DNA of 47,359 nt from Candidatus Woesearchaeota archaeon (GCA_964365915.1 CAYIRJ010000004.1:1-47359), one strand, 5' to 3'; counted from the first letter of the stretch, positions 19,333 to 26,767 are shown. A program made the numbers and translations. Notes: generated by a model from the letters alone, not told the origin.

Positions 19333-19917
19333 ATGGTAAAATTATTTTTAGTGCGCCACGGGGAAGCAATTGAAGCAGAGCCTGAGCCTATGCTTTCGAA
19401 AAAAGGTAAACAACAAGCAAAGGCTGTTGCAAAAAGGCTTGTACAATTTCGAATAACGAAAGTATATACGAGTAGCGCACGGCGAGCTTTGGAAACTTAT
19501 GAGCTATACAAAAAATTGAAACCTGATATTCCGGTTATAGTTTCTGATAAGTTAAAAGAAGTATATCGTACATTAGTTGGTGGTCCTGAACGTGAAGGTA
19601 CATCTCTCGATCGTGCAAAGAAAGATATGCAACGTGCAGATACTATCTTAAAAGAGATCCTTGATGATACTAAAGAAGATGATATTGTTCTTTTGTTTAT
19701 TCATGGAAATTTAATTCGATATATTCTTGCTCACTTTTTACAAATAAGTAAAGTGAACTTATGGGAAGAGTTAGAGATTCATGATGCTTCAATCTCATTA
19801 ATCGAAATTGTTAACAACAAACCACAAATCCGCTTGGTTAATTCCATCGAACATTTAGATAAAAAAGAAGTTGATGAATTCTACAATTGCTATGCAAAAA
19901 CAGAATATCTTTCTTAG
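19333..19917 (+). CDS. histidine phosphatase family protein (phosphoglycerate-mutase-like)
   Basis: 194 aa. N-terminal LFLVRHGEA (RHG catalytic motif) and a later IHGNLIRY block. Confidence 0.75.
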   Translation: MVKLFLVRHGEAIEAEPEPMLSKKGKQQAKAVAKRLVQFRITKVYTSSARRALETYELYKKLKPDIPVIVSDKLKEVYRTLVGGPEREGTSLDRAKKDMQRADTILKEILDDTKEDDIVLLFIHGNLIRYILAHFLQISKVNLWEELEIHDASISLIEIVNNKPQIRLVNSIEHLDKKEVDEFYNCYAKTEYLS

Positions 19918-21086
19918 GAAAGAAGTGTAACTAAAGATTTTGAAGGGCTATCATTAAATTGGTTAATTCCTCGTATTCGTCCTTGCCTTCCCATTGTTGC
20001 TCGTAATTCTGAAAAATTGTATAGTTCAATCGTTTTTGCCTCTAATGCTCCTCTTGATTTTGGATTGATAAGATAACCTGTTGTTCCGTTAACTATTGCT
20101 TCAACAACTCCTCCACTGTTTCCTCCTATAACTGGTATTTGATGCATGCCAGCTTCAAGAAAGACAATTCCAAAACCCTCTACATCATTAGGTGGAATAA
20201 ATTCTGTTGGTAAAACAAAAATATCAGCAGCACCATAGTGCGTTGCTAAACCCACGTTATCAACTTGATCATGAATGTGCACTCTTTCTTCGAGATTATG
20301 AAGATTTATGGTTTCTTGAATATGTGCTTTATTTGGACCATCACCTACGATGGCATAATGGATGTTAGGTATAGCTGTTCGCAGATTAGGAAATATCTCA
20401 ACAAAGCTATACTGACCTTTTCTGTCTATGAGACGCCCTACAGAGAGCACAACAAAATCATCTGGAGTATAACCAAGTGCTATTTTACAATTTGCTTTAT
20501 CTTGTAATGTTGGCGTGCTTAAAGAAGGCGGAAGTAAATGGAATCTTGCATGAATACCTTGATGTACCAATAAATTTTGCGTGAATTTGCTAATACAAAA
20601 AACACGATCTGCATCTTGTAATACAGTTTTGTAAAATAGAGCTTCATCTTGTGTGTATCCTTGATGTGCCCCTGTCGAAGAGCGGTTTTCATTAACAATA
20701 GCATTATCAATGAATACTTCTTTTGCATGGGTAATAATTCCTGTTCGTACAGAAGGTTTATATATTTTATAATCTCGACCAGCTTCTGGATGTGAGCGGA
20801 GATAACCAAAAAGTGCTATATCTGTGTTTGTTTGTCTTAAGATGTCAACAATAGTACGATTCGTTTGTCTTCTGGGAGGAGTTTCATGTTCAAAGGGAAA
20901 AAAATCGGTCCTATACACATCAAATGGTAGACTTTGATAATCTGTAACTTGGCCAATATTATTAGGAACAATAACTTGAAAACGCTCACTTGCAAAATAC
21001 TTTCTATAAATTTGCATTAAGTAAGTTGCTATGCCTCCCTTCATAGGATGGAAATCTTGTGTGATCAGTGTAACACTTTTTACCAT
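19914..21086 (-). CDS. glycosyltransferase family 4 (GT-B, retaining type)
   Basis: 390 aa. EGFGIVFLEAGMHQIPVIGGNSGGVVEAIVNGTTGYLI is the GT4 E-x7-E region. Confidence 0.85.
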   Translation of the reverse strand: MVKSVTLITQDFHPMKGGIATYLMQIYRKYFASERFQVIVPNNIGQVTDYQSLPFDVYRTDFFPFEHETPPRRQTNRTIVDILRQTNTDIALFGYLRSHPEAGRDYKIYKPSVRTGIITHAKEVFIDNAIVNENRSSTGAHQGYTQDEALFYKTVLQDADRVFCISKFTQNLLVHQGIHARFHLLPPSLSTPTLQDKANCKIALGYTPDDFVVLSVGRLIDRKGQYSFVEIFPNLRTAIPNIHYAIVGDGPNKAHIQETINLHNLEERVHIHDQVDNVGLATHYGAADIFVLPTEFIPPNDVEGFGIVFLEAGMHQIPVIGGNSGGVVEAIVNGTTGYLINPKSRGALEAKTIELYNFSELRATMGRQGRIRGINQFNDSPSKSLVTLLS

Positions 21087-21090
21087 AGGA

Positions 21091-21915
21091 TTATTTGAAT
21101 ACCTCTCGGAATTGTCTTAAAGATGTTTTCGCCTCCCTTGGATGTCCCCATCGATGACGATCATATGCCTGAATTAAAAAGAAAATACCTCTGCCGAAGC
21201 GTAATTCTTCTTGACTTAAGTGAGATTTTCCTTGAAAATATTGATCAAGGTAAGTTGCTTGTTCTGTTCCATTACGACAAACTCGAAGAAGAGGTCTTGC
21301 TAAATCGAAGGCGACAGGTCCATCTAATACATGTTCTAAATCAATAGCAACGAGCCTTTGTTTTGTTTTAACAATATTGCTCAGCGAATAGTCTCCATGA
21401 ATCAACCCATAAGTAGAAAATTGAGGTGTAGGCAATTCATTTTTTCTTACTAACTGATGCTGTAAAAGATAGGTGTAAACACGATCAAGTTTTTCAGCCC
21501 AACCATCTAAATTATAATTATCTACCTGGTGGAATGCTGCTTGAAGCTGTGCGACAGCAAAAATATCTAGGGTAGGTAAGGTCTCTAACACCTCTCCATC
21601 GATAAATGTAGTTACAAATCCTCGTTCAAGTATTCCTACAATAGGTGAAGAAATTATTCTTGATCTATTTTTCTCATCGAGTCTTTGTTTATATTGTGTT
21701 ATATTTGACGTTCTATCTGTAGGATGATAAATAAACGTTCCATTTGCTGTTGTAAATAATAATGGGCTTTGTCTTGTTCCTGCTTTCCATCCCGTATTAA
21801 TAACTTGGTGATGAGTGATTTCTCCAAAATTTCTTGATAATGTAGACATTACTTCTCTTACATTATTTATACTCATTTGAATAATCCTCGGTATGTTTGG
21901 AAGATAATATTCCAA
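21091..21915 (-). CDS. aminoglycoside/choline-kinase-like phosphotransferase (APH fold)
   Basis: 274 aa. GLIHGDYSLSNIV (HxDxxxxN) and VAIDLEHV (IDxE) motifs. Confidence 0.7.
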   Translation of the reverse strand: MEYYLPNIPRIIQMSINNVREVMSTLSRNFGEITHHQVINTGWKAGTRQSPLLFTTANGTFIYHPTDRTSNITQYKQRLDEKNRSRIISSPIVGILERGFVTTFIDGEVLETLPTLDIFAVAQLQAAFHQVDNYNLDGWAEKLDRVYTYLLQHQLVRKNELPTPQFSTYGLIHGDYSLSNIVKTKQRLVAIDLEHVLDGPVAFDLARPLLRVCRNGTEQATYLDQYFQGKSHLSQEELRFGRGIFFLIQAYDRHRWGHPREAKTSLRQFREVFK

Positions 21916-23060
21916 TCAAATAATGTTTCTGCTCGTATTCTTCCCTTTACTCCCATAGCACGTCGTGTTGTAGGGTTTTGGATAAGCTCAACAAGCCTAT
22001 TGGCTGCTGTTTCATAATCTCTTTCAGATACTAAGAACCCCGTTTCACCATCTTGCACTATTTCAGGGACGCCTCCTACTCGAGAAGCGATGATGGGTAG
22101 ACCTGAAGCAGACGCTTCACAAAGACATCTTCCCATAGTTTCCGTGTGAACATAAGATGAGCCTCGTTCATGCTTTTCTAAGTGGATAGGCATATGTAAA
22201 AAAATATCTGCTGTCCTGAAATATGCAGGCATATCTTCTATTCTTCGTGCACCAAGTAAATGCACATTATTCAATCCACGATCAACCACTATCTTTTCGA
22301 TAGTTTCTCGTTCTGGACCATCACCTAAAATATGATATTGAAAATGGACATCTTGCCTTGTTGCTTGTTCTATTGCTCGAAGTGAATATTCCCAACCTTT
22401 AAAATCAACAAGTCGTGCAGCAGTTAGTATGTTAACAGTTTCTCTTGAGGATGATGTAGTGGGATAAAAAGTATTACAGTCAACACCACCAGTAACTTTA
22501 ACAAGTTTGTCAGAATTCACGCCGACCGATATTGTTCTATGATAAGAGTATTGACTATTGACTATGAATCTGTCTACGTATTTATTTACTAAGTTTACAA
22601 CTCTTGCTCGTGAAGCCTCTAAGCTTCTTGTAGTGTCTGTTTCATCTCCAATCCATCCAGCCACAATATCATTTCCACCTGATCGAACAATAACTTGTGT
22701 TTGTGGATATGTTTGCTTGATAATTGCAAGCGAAGGTAGCCATGTTGGACTATTTAAGTAGAAAATAGTGTTGTTAGGATCTTGATTTGCAAGGAGTATT
22801 ACTGCATCTTTCTCAAAGTTGCCAGTTAATGATTTGTTTACCAATACTTCTAAATCTTTATTTGCAAGTGCTTGTGCTGGTCCATGTGAACTGTCGCCTG
22901 GAGCTGGAACGCCGTCAGTGACTAAATCTTTAACAAATATCTTACTTATAGGAAATTCTTGATGCCCAGCAAATGCACGAGCGAATTCATACGCATGTGT
23001 TTCCATACCACCGATATGGCTAGAGAATTTTGGTGAGATAAAGCAAATTTGCTTAACCAT
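21873..23060 (-). CDS. glycosyltransferase family 4
   Basis: 395 aa. The N-terminus ICFISPKFSSHIGGMETH and CEASASGLPIIASRVGGVPEIVQDGETGFLV are typical of GT4. Confidence 0.85.
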   Translation of the reverse strand: MVKQICFISPKFSSHIGGMETHAYEFARAFAGHQEFPISKIFVKDLVTDGVPAPGDSSHGPAQALANKDLEVLVNKSLTGNFEKDAVILLANQDPNNTIFYLNSPTWLPSLAIIKQTYPQTQVIVRSGGNDIVAGWIGDETDTTRSLEASRARVVNLVNKYVDRFIVNSQYSYHRTISVGVNSDKLVKVTGGVDCNTFYPTTSSSRETVNILTAARLVDFKGWEYSLRAIEQATRQDVHFQYHILGDGPERETIEKIVVDRGLNNVHLLGARRIEDMPAYFRTADIFLHMPIHLEKHERGSSYVHTETMGRCLCEASASGLPIIASRVGGVPEIVQDGETGFLVSERDYETAANRLVELIQNPTTRRAMGVKGRIRAETLFDWNIIFQTYRGLFK

Positions 23061-23698
23061 TAAAACTCACCTCGTTCACGAAGAATATCGTCAACAGGTA
23101 CGCCCTTTTTAATATCTTCTTTTATCTTTTGTTCTAAATCGGCAACTGCAACACATTGTGTGAGAACTTCACTTTCAATTGTTTGAGGAATAACAGCGAC
23201 CGCATCATAATCACCAAATAATAAATCTCCTGGCTTGATAGTACATTCTCCAATAATGACTGATATATCTAATTTATCAACAATACCTCTCTTTTTAATA
23301 TCTCGAGCATAGTTGGTTCGCGCAAAGACAGGATAACACATATTTATGGTTTCAATAGTATCTCTTGTACAACCATCAATAATTGTTCCATCAACACCCC
23401 GATATTGAGCTAATGTTGCCATGAGTTCCCCAAAAAATGCCATTTCTTTGAAACCATTTCCAACAACAAGAACATCTCCCTTATTTAATTGCTCAAGAAA
23501 ATGGGGTCCTCTATAAACCTCTCGGTGGTCTTCACCATTAGTAATCGGTTTAAGAGACATTGGTCTTGCTCGCCCAAATAAACGTGCTTTAACAAAGTTA
23601 GGTTTAATGTCTGAAGGAAGTAATTGGTGTGTATACCCCATTTCGTCTAAAACATCAGAGATTATTGCTGAAGAGAGACGTGTTTTATAATCAATCAT
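23060..23698 (-). CDS. RraA-like / class II pyruvate-aldolase-like protein
   Basis: 212 aa. SSAIISDVLDEMG, GDVLVV.., FFGELMATLAQYRGVDGTIIDGCTRD and PVFAR follow the RraA/HMG-aldolase family pattern. Confidence 0.75.
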   Translation of the reverse strand: MIDYKTRLSSAIISDVLDEMGYTHQLLPSDIKPNFVKARLFGRARPMSLKPITNGEDHREVYRGPHFLEQLNKGDVLVVGNGFKEMAFFGELMATLAQYRGVDGTIIDGCTRDTIETINMCYPVFARTNYARDIKKRGIVDKLDISVIIGECTIKPGDLLFGDYDAVAVIPQTIESEVLTQCVAVADLEQKIKEDIKKGVPVDDILRERGEF

Positions 23699-25112
23699 GG
23701 TTATTCACCCTTTTAAGCCCACGCATGACTGTTTCTGCAAATGCAAAATCTTCTTCAGTATTGATGTCAATACTTTCTATTAATTGGATTGGAAGAATAT
23801 GCGGGGTTTTTCCAATGCGGGATTTACCACTGAGAAGCGCAGCTCTTCTGATAGCATATAAACTCATAGTTTCAATAATGGTTGCGGGAAGGTCAACACT
23901 GTTAGGAATATGGATTGGATCATAGTTTCTTGGTGTACCATCTGCATTCCAAAGATATATCTTTTCTCTTCGTGCAGCAAAGACACTATCATGTTCTTTT
24001 CTTACTGTCAGACGAAATACTGCTTCATCAATAGTACTTCGTAAGAGAAATGGCGCTGTAGGAAGTACCTGCACATATATATCAGCATCTGGAACTCGTC
24101 CTGCCTCGTACAAAAGCAGTTGATTACCGTCAGTGCTATTAGAGGCAAGGCTCTCTGGTCGACGTAATTCTTTATGTCCTCGTCCACTTGCAATATCAAA
24201 TACGATTTGTGATTCACTATCTAAGTAAACGTCTTGAATAGTGTGGCAAGTGAGTAAGGTATCTAAGACATGAAGGAGTAATGGTTTATCACCGAGCTGT
24301 CTAATATTTTTACTTGTAACTCGAGTGCTTGTTCCTTTTGCAGGCACAAATGCTACAACATGATATTTTTGCGCAATTTTTCCTAATAAATCTTCTTGTA
24401 CAAATACATCTAATGAACTTGTTGCATCGTTGACAATACGTCGTCCTGCTTGTTCAAATTGTCGTTGCGCTTCTTGCATATAACTTATAATGAGTGCACG
24501 ATATTCAGGATGCCCAGGTAAACCTTTTTGGATAATGTGACTTTGTGTTCTTGGAAATATTAAATTTGGGAAGTCAGTATTTCGATGAATTTCATAAGCG
24601 TGACCATCTTTTCCCCAATCGTGGTTTGTGCTCAGATCCATGCCTATAATATTTACTCTATTAAATCCAAGGAAGTATGCAAGTTGTAATGCGTCATAGG
24701 CTACTGTTTTTCCTCGCCAAAACCCCTCTTGTAAAGGATTTTGTGCAAAACGAACAACTCCCTGCGGATGACATTGCGGTACAAAGTAGGTTCGCTCATC
24801 TGCTAATTCTTGAGGAAATGTTTTGCAGGCTCCAGCAGCAATAATCTTTATAGTTGGTGTGCCTCTCAATACTCGTTCATACACATCTCTGAACTGGGGA
24901 ATAACATCTTTGTCAGCAACAATGTTAAATGTAGGAGTTACACCTGATTGCCTTAAGATAAGTGGGCTGAGGTTAAGACCAATGGTTACTTCATTTCTCA
25001 GCGCTGAGAGGTCCCTATAGGCTAAACTTGGGCCCGTTCCTGCAATAAACCCATGCTTTCCTCTGAACTTATTTTCCAAGCTAAGAAGGGCTTCAAGACT
25101 ATTTGTAACCAT
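23691..25112 (-). CDS. fusion protein: N-terminal DUF115/MptE-like (Maf-type) domain plus C-terminal CMP-sugar-acid cytidylyltransferase (NeuA/KdsB-like)
   Basis: 473 aa. The N-terminal half (GFIAGTGPSLAY...NIVADKD) resembles DUF115. The C-terminal half (VAFVPAKGTSTRVTSKNIRQLGDKPLLLHVLDT...VQVLPTAPFL...SIDINTEEDFAFAE) matches the acylneuraminate cytidylyltransferase pattern. Confidence 0.7.
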   Translation of the reverse strand: MVTNSLEALLSLENKFRGKHGFIAGTGPSLAYRDLSALRNEVTIGLNLSPLILRQSGVTPTFNIVADKDVIPQFRDVYERVLRGTPTIKIIAAGACKTFPQELADERTYFVPQCHPQGVVRFAQNPLQEGFWRGKTVAYDALQLAYFLGFNRVNIIGMDLSTNHDWGKDGHAYEIHRNTDFPNLIFPRTQSHIIQKGLPGHPEYRALIISYMQEAQRQFEQAGRRIVNDATSSLDVFVQEDLLGKIAQKYHVVAFVPAKGTSTRVTSKNIRQLGDKPLLLHVLDTLLTCHTIQDVYLDSESQIVFDIASGRGHKELRRPESLASNSTDGNQLLLYEAGRVPDADIYVQVLPTAPFLLRSTIDEAVFRLTVRKEHDSVFAARREKIYLWNADGTPRNYDPIHIPNSVDLPATIIETMSLYAIRRAALLSGKSRIGKTPHILPIQLIESIDINTEEDFAFAETVMRGLKRVNNHD

Positions 25113-25242
25113 TATTGGATAGTGGTTTTAATATTATATAAACCATTTGTTTTTCTAACATTTGTGGTAGGTTTCTTTATCAATCACATGCATTCGACTT
25201 AAGAATCATCACCCGTTATTGCGACAGAGAGGCTCACACAAA

Positions 25243-25254
25243 GTTTTATAAATC
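25243..25254 (+). promoter_or_regulatory. TATA box (GTTTTATAAATC) for rps10
   Basis: Centre lies about 27 nt upstream of ATG 25275; no SD sequence. Confidence 0.45.
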
Positions 25255-25274
25255 ACTTTTTAGAAGATATTCTT

Positions 25275-25583
25275 ATGCCTCAAGCAAGAATCAACTTATC
25301 ATCCTTAGACATTGGAAAATTGAATGAGATCTGTACCAGCATTGTCGACATTGCAGATAAAACGAAGACCCAAATTTCCGGACCGATTCCTCTGCCGACG
25401 AAGCGATTGCGCCATACGGTGAGAAAAAGCCCGTGTGGAAATGGAAAAGCTTCCTTTGATAATTTTGAGATGCGCATCCATAAGCGCTTGATCTACATGG
25501 GCATTGATGATCGAGCATTGCGATTAGTCATGAGAGTTCCTATTCCTGAAGGGGTCCAAATCAGTATTGCAAGCGTTGAGTAA
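25275..25583 (+). CDS. rps10: 30S ribosomal protein S10 (uS10)
   Basis: 102 aa. ..GPIPLPTKRLRHTVRKSPCGNGKASFDNFEMRIHKRLI. Confidence 0.93.
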   Translation: MPQARINLSSLDIGKLNEICTSIVDIADKTKTQISGPIPLPTKRLRHTVRKSPCGNGKASFDNFEMRIHKRLIYMGIDDRALRLVMRVPIPEGVQISIASVE

Positions 25584-25632
25584 ATTAATGCTGTAGTGCT
25601 CTTAATTCTTCCTTTATTCCCAGCTGGGTTTA

Positions 25633-25655
25633 ATACCCCGCAGCTCTGCTGCGGT
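25633..25655 (+). repeat. IS left-end hairpin repeat ATACCCCGCAGCTCTGCTGCGGT
   Basis: Identical 23-mer at 26119-26141. Stem 25638-25644 pairs with 25648-25654. Confidence 0.85.
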
Positions 25656-25687
25656 ACTATTATAACTTCAGCAGACATTCCAGTTTA

Positions 25688-26119
25688 ATGGATGTTCAGC
25701 ATGCGTGCCATTGTTCATATAGGATTCGCTATCACATGGTGTTTGTGCTCAAGTATAGGAAAAATCTCATCAGCGATGAGATATTTGAATTTCTGAAAGA
25801 AATTTGCAAAGGGATTGAACAGCGTTACTTCATCAAGTTCGATGCTCTTGGCAGCGATGGAGATCATCTGCATTTGGTGATTGAAGCTGCTCCTCGCTAT
25901 GCTCCATCAAATGTTATGCAGATCTGCAAGAGCATTCTTGCAAAGCAAGTCTTCAAGCAATTTCCTGAAGTGCGTGAAGAGCTGTGGAATGGAGAGTTCT
26001 GGAGTGATGGAGGACACATTGATACTGTTGGAGATGGCAGAGGACTGGATGCAGTCAGGCAATATGTAGAAAAGCAAGGTAAGAAATCAGATCAGCTCAC
26101 ACTCTACTCGTTCGTCTGA
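25688..26119 (+). CDS. tnpA: IS200/IS605 family transposase TnpA (Y1, HUH)
   Basis: 143 aa. YHMVFVLKYRK, HUH motif GDHLHLVIE, and a C-terminal ..VRQYVEKQ tyrosine helix. Confidence 0.9.
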   Translation: MDVQHACHCSYRIRYHMVFVLKYRKNLISDEIFEFLKEICKGIEQRYFIKFDALGSDGDHLHLVIEAAPRYAPSNVMQICKSILAKQVFKQFPEVREELWNGEFWSDGGHIDTVGDGRGLDAVRQYVEKQGKKSDQLTLYSFV

Positions 26120-26531
26120 TACCCCGCAGCTCTGCTGCGGTTGGGTAGTTCATTTGAGCAAATTCATTCCCGGATAGATCTTTGAGAAGAATATAATTTC
26201 CGGAAGGATCTCTTGCAAATAGTTGATACGTCGGAAGCTGTTGCGAATCTTTGATAATAAAACTTGTGGAGCCTATTGTCTGGTTTATCCTGATTTCCAA
26301 GGGGATTCCCAAACCGTAAATAATATACGAAAGCGCCGATGCAACCCCGAAATCGGATGGTCTTGCAGCAATTTCTATCCTTCTTTCAAAGTCTAAGGCA
26401 TACACCCCTTTCTTAAGCATCCAAGTCTCTCCCTCTTTCTTTTTCATTTCTTCTGCAGATGTGATGCGCTCGCGCTCAAGAAAATCCAAGATATCTTTGC
26501 TGATTAGTTTTCGCAATTGAGAAGTTATCAT
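26097..26531 (-). CDS. hypothetical protein (144 aa); the last 14 codons are encoded by the IS right end
   Basis: Long ORF with a TATA about 24 nt upstream. The C-terminal TAAELRGIRRTSRV is read from the IS hairpin and the tnpA 3' end. Confidence 0.5.
   Translation of the reverse strand: MITSQLRKLISKDILDFLERERITSAEEMKKKEGETWMLKKGVYALDFERRIEIAARPSDFGVASALSYIIYGLGIPLEIRINQTIGSTSFIIKDSQQLPTYQLFARDPSGNYILLKDLSGNEFAQMNYPTAAELRGIRRTSRV
26119..26141 (+). repeat. IS right-end hairpin repeat ATACCCCGCAGCTCTGCTGCGGT
   Basis: Identical to 25633-25655. It starts at the last base of the tnpA stop codon. Confidence 0.85.
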
Positions 26532-26552
26532 ATTCTTTTCTTCTTTTCTTTC

Positions 26553-26569
26553 TTTTAAGACTTATGAAC
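26553..26569 (-). promoter_or_regulatory. TATA box plus shared upstream motif (GTTCATAAGTCTTAAAA on the minus strand)
   Basis: Lies about 24 nt upstream of ATG 26531. It matches 11290-11306 at 16 of 17 positions. Confidence 0.4.
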
Positions 26570-26614
26570 CACTGCAGCACTCTATGAACCTGGAACTACT
26601 CTTTAATACGGAAT

Positions 26615-26625
26615 CTTTAAAAAAG
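26615..26625 (+). promoter_or_regulatory. TATA box (CTTTAAAAAAG) for the tRNA at 26648
   Basis: Centre lies about 28 nt upstream of tRNA position 1. Confidence 0.5.
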
Positions 26626-26647
26626 AACTTTCTTGTTTTATTTCATT

Positions 26648-26767
26648 GCCGCAGTCGCATAACCTGGTATTGCACAAATCAAGTTTTGAGTGTAGGCCTG
26701 GAAACTTCCAGAATTACTAGGGAGCTTGACCTGAAAGGGTATCACGGTTCAAATCCGTGCTGCGGCG
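26648..26767 (+). tRNA. intron-containing tRNA, isotype unresolved (best model anticodon UUG/Gln, with non-canonical extra nucleotides)
   Basis: Perfect 7-bp acceptor: GCCGCAG (26648-26654) pairs with CTGCGGC (26760-26766); discriminator G. D-loop AACCTGGTA is canonical. T-arm is CACGG-TTCAAAT-CCGTG. The only canonical anticodon arm is TCAAG (26679-26683) with loop TT-TTG-A and, after about 34 nt, CTTGA (26725-26729). That model leaves 4 extra nt (CAAA, 26675-26678) after position 26 and a 13-nt class-II-like variable arm (CCT-GAA-AGG-GTAT). Confidence 0.7.

Larger units (their letters stand above)
25600..26150 (+). mobile_element. IS200/IS605-family minimal insertion sequence (tnpA only); ends approximate
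   Basis: A Y1 HUH transposase gene is flanked by two identical, same-orientation 23-nt segments. Each contains a 7-bp hairpin (CCGCAGC-TCT-GCTGCGG), as expected for the LE/RE subterminal hairpins. Confidence 0.75.

Noticed and set aside
26697-26711. The perfect hairpin CTGGA-AACT-TCCAG inside the odd tRNA, considered as the anticodon arm (GGA/Ser, TCC/Gly or CCA/Trp readings).
   Set aside because: The loop is only 4 nt. No register gives a 5-bp stem with a 7-nt loop having U33. No matching 3' stem strand exists downstream. It is more likely an intron-internal hairpin.
26759-26766. GCTGCGG is shared between the 3' acceptor strand of the tRNA at 26648 and the IS hairpin arm, considered as an IS target or att relationship.
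   Set aside because: The match is only 7 nt and lies about 620 nt from the IS end. This is compatible with chance.
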